Positions 7,765 to 10,149 of a stretch of DNA of 10,149 nt are shown here, piece by piece. How positions within the stretch are numbered: position 1 is the stretch's first letter; the number at the start of each line of letters is the position of its first letter. Position numbers and translations under genes: made by a program. Source of the stretch: Calditrichia bacterium (GTDB lineage Bacteria; Calditrichota; Calditrichia; RBG-13-44-9); NCBI GenBank assembly GCA_037381445.1, contig JARRQT010000119.1, positions 1 through 10,149 of the forward strand, in the 5' to 3' direction. The notes beneath the pieces are model-generated. The model had not been told where the DNA came from. It saw nothing but the letters and a program-made list of their open reading frames with translations, and did not search any database.

Positions 7765-8011
7765 TGGATTCAATGCCACCGGTGAATTTCCTGCATAAAT
7801 ATTAATTAAAAATTGGTCATTTGATATTTACCTGCAGCCATTGAAATGTGCCGCAATTCAACTAATTTCCTTCCCTAAATAATTGAATTTCACAAAGATA
7901 AAATAATTGAAAAAAGTTTTAAATTTGTTCGTTTGATTCTTATATTAAAAAGTTTTAAAAAGTACTTAAGAAATATTTTATTTACCCGATAATGATTGAA
8001 AATTGTGAGTT

Positions 8012-8824
8012 ATGCTGTTTAGAATTGGGTTTTTATCAGTCAGTATAATTGATGTTCTGGATATCGCGCTGGTCGCATACATTTTTTATAAGGTGTATGA
8101 GTTCCTTCGCGGAAGCATGGCAGCGCGCATGATGATCGGATTGCTTTTTATCATTCTGATCTCTATTGTTGCTGAGCTTTTAAACATGAGTGGTAGCACA
8201 TGGATTTTCTCCAATCTAAAGACCGTATGGGTCATTGCCTTTGTTATTATTTTCCAGCCGGAATTTCGCCGTTTGCTTCTTTACATGGGTCAGAATCCAA
8301 TCCTTCGAAGAATCGTGCAGGTATCGACCACCAAATTTATTGACGAGGTGATTGGGGCGATCTCCGATCTATCCAGAAAGAATTTTGGGGCTTTAATTGT
8401 TTTACTGAGGGACACGGGTTTGAGAAGTGTTGTGGAAACAGGAATACCGCTGCAGGCGCAGGTGAGCAAAGCGCTGATACTCTCTATTTTCAATCCCCGC
8501 TCGCCGCTGCATGACGGAGCAATTATCCTCCAGAATGATGTTATTGTGGCATCCAAATGCCAGCTGCCGCTGACTGAAAACCCAAAGCTTGATCCCAGCC
8601 TGGGCATGCGGCACCGGGCCGCGCTGGGATTATCTGAACAGTCCGATGCCATTGTCCTGGTAGTGAGCGAGGAAACCGGCATGATTTCCATGGCTGAAAA
8701 CGGCGTGCTCACCCGGGGGCTGACGGAAGAAGGACTCAAAAAACGCCTGATGGAGGCGTTCTCACCGCAAAAGCCGCACAAGAGAAGCTTTTCCGATATA
8801 CTGAAATGGGGAGATGAGGTGTAG
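8012..8824 (+). CDS. cdaA: Diadenylate cyclase CdaA/DacA (c-di-AMP synthase)
   Basis: 270 aa. Three N-terminal TM helices, FQPEFRR linker, DAC-domain catalytic motifs SPLHDGA and GMRHRAA, and VVSEETG. Confidence 0.95.
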   Translation: MLFRIGFLSVSIIDVLDIALVAYIFYKVYEFLRGSMAARMMIGLLFIILISIVAELLNMSGSTWIFSNLKTVWVIAFVIIFQPEFRRLLLYMGQNPILRRIVQVSTTKFIDEVIGAISDLSRKNFGALIVLLRDTGLRSVVETGIPLQAQVSKALILSIFNPRSPLHDGAIILQNDVIVASKCQLPLTENPKLDPSLGMRHRAALGLSEQSDAIVLVVSEETGMISMAENGVLTRGLTEEGLKKRLMEAFSPQKPHKRSFSDILKWGDEV

Positions 8825-8961
8825 GCAACTTCTTTTCTTTGCCTTAGGTGCCGTCTGTTAGTTAGTAAAGAAATTGTCAACTTTATAAATCTTTTTAGGT
8901 CATGTTAAGTGGAGAAGCAGTAATCAGAATTTATGAATCAATGAGATATTATCTACAACAC

Positions 8962-8966
8962 GGAGG
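8962..8966 (+). promoter_or_regulatory. Shine-Dalgarno site of the last ORF
   Basis: GGAGG followed by in-frame ATGs at 8967, 8970 and 8973. The spacing (6 nt) favours 8973. Confidence 0.75.
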
Positions 8967-8972
8967 ATGATG

Positions 8973-10149
8973 ATGAGCCATAGGTTACTACTCATTCTGG
9001 TCGTTTTTGGGTTTTCGTTCAGCCAGGTATATGCTGCTAAGGCAAATAAAATAGCAACCTTAACGCCTACAGTTCAATTATCGGTAAAAGCTGCAAAGTC
9101 AATTTACAAAAATGGTGACAGGATAGAGGTACGGGGAACAGGTTTCCCTGCTAATGCGGAAATTATGTCAGCAGTTATGATTGTACGGGACGAATCCGGC
9201 AAAAACAGTTTCGGGTCACTTGAAAAAAAGGACCTTCAAATTGGTCCGGATGGAACACTCTCCGGTTATGTGATTCCACAACAACTGACAGAAAATGATC
9301 GTTCTGCGAGAATTGTTCTTTCTGTAAAGGGTGCTAACGTGAAAGCATCTCAGGCTGTAACCATAGAAGGTGATCTGACGCCAACAAATTTTGCCATGCT
9401 TGATTTGTCGGATGATCAGTTTGCATTCTCGGAATTTTCAGGGGATCATGTGGTGCAACTGAATGAGAGACTGGACATTGACAGCTCTGGAACGGGTTTT
9501 ACAGGAAATCTACTAGCTTGCTACAGACTTGAATATGCTGACGCTGTAGGAGGCGGAGTCGACTCACTTACTAATTTTAATCAAGATGCAATTCAGGCAT
9601 TAGATCCGACGAGCCTTCATTTTGATGGAGGCATGTTAACAGGATACACAAACAGTACTGAAACACCTTATGCTCCTGCAACCGAATCTATTAGGCTTGC
9701 TATCCAATATGGAACATTGGCATTTGGCAATACAGCCGTTTCTATTGATTATATCTCAACTTTGGATAATATCCCGCCCCAGTTGATTTCAGCAAGGACA
9801 ATTGATCCTACCCACATTGAAGTTACCTTTGATGAACAACTGACTGTTCCTGCAGTAAATGGCGATGCCATTGATAACTGGTCTTTAACGTCGCAGGGGG
9901 GCACAAATTATTCTGTAAATGCGGTATCCAACCTGGGAGAAACTGTCATAAGTTGTACTTTAAACGTTACCCCAGCACTAAACCGGAGCCAAAGACCATT
10001 GTTGAATTTTACCCAGCAAACAGATTACCAGGATTTGCAGGGAAATGCAGCAGCAACCGTCAGCAATCTTCAGGCAACTGATGGAATCCCTCCGGGGAAT
10101 GTGGTCTTATTTTTGGGAGATGACAACAATCCTTTATCTATCGATGATT
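8973..10149 (+). CDS. Secreted/surface protein with tandem Ig-like beta-sandwich domains (3'-truncated by the window edge)
   Basis: Hand translation gives about 392 uninterrupted codons. Sec signal peptide MSHRLLLILVVFGFSFSQVYA, two related beta-rich modules, then a 'DNIPPQLISA...IEVTFDEQL...YQDLQGN...DGIPP' module typical of bacterial Ig-like (Big_5/SbsA-type) domains. It is missing from the ORF track, presumably because it has no stop codon in the window. Confidence 0.85.
   Translation, partial: MSHRLLLILVVFGFSFSQVYAAKANKIATLTPTVQLSVKAAKSIYKNGDRIEVRGTGFPANAEIMSAVMIVRDESGKNSFGSLEKKDLQIGPDGTLSGYVIPQQLTENDRSARIVLSVKGANVKASQAVTIEGDLTPTNFAMLDLSDDQFAFSEFSGDHVVQLNERLDIDSSGTGFTGNLLACYRLEYADAVGGGVDSLTNFNQDAIQALDPTSLHFDGGMLTGYTNSTETPYAPATESIRLAIQYGTLAFGNTAVSIDYISTLDNIPPQLISARTIDPTHIEVTFDEQLTVPAVNGDAIDNWSLTSQGGTNYSVNAVSNLGETVISCTLNVTPALNRSQRPLLNFTQQTDYQDLQGNAAATVSNLQATDGIPPGNVVLFLGDDNNPLSIDD

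Noticed and set aside
7988..8006. Fur-box-like GATAATGAT upstream of cdaA
   Set aside because: Only the left half matches (11/19 to the classic consensus) in a very AT-rich context; it is better explained as a -10-like element or chance.
8823..8844. Hairpin AGGCAA/TTGCCT at the cdaA stop as a terminator
   Set aside because: Only 6 bp with a 10-nt loop and no following U-tract; too weak to call.
8290..8880. 196-aa minus-strand ORF over cdaA
   Set aside because: Ser/Arg-rich antisense shadow of a conserved DAC gene.
7765..8972. c-di-AMP (ydaO), THF or c-di-GMP riboswitch in the spacers flanking cdaA
   Set aside because: I could not find the conserved sequence cores of these riboswitches by eye; an Rfam scan would settle it.

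Overview
All real features are on the + strand. The window holds a conserved housekeeping cluster: tRNA(CAU) - tilS - hpt - ftsH - intrinsic terminator - folE-like - membrane-anchored TPR protein - folP (long N-terminal extension) - AT-rich spacer - cdaA/dacA diadenylate cyclase. After it comes the 5' part (about 392 codons, open to the window end, absent from the ORF track) of a secreted protein with tandem Ig-like domains and AT-richer codon usage. I see no mobile element, CRISPR array or defence system. The most interesting signals are inside the housekeeping proteins. The FolE homologue keeps its Zn ligands but has Gln in place of the catalytic His of the ExxHxC motif and Ser in place of the GLSK Lys. 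FolP carries a diverged Prd-like N-terminal domain. TilS deviates at normally conserved Arg/Tyr positions. folB, folK, cdaR and glmM are not in the window. All motif comparisons are from recalled family consensus, not from searches.
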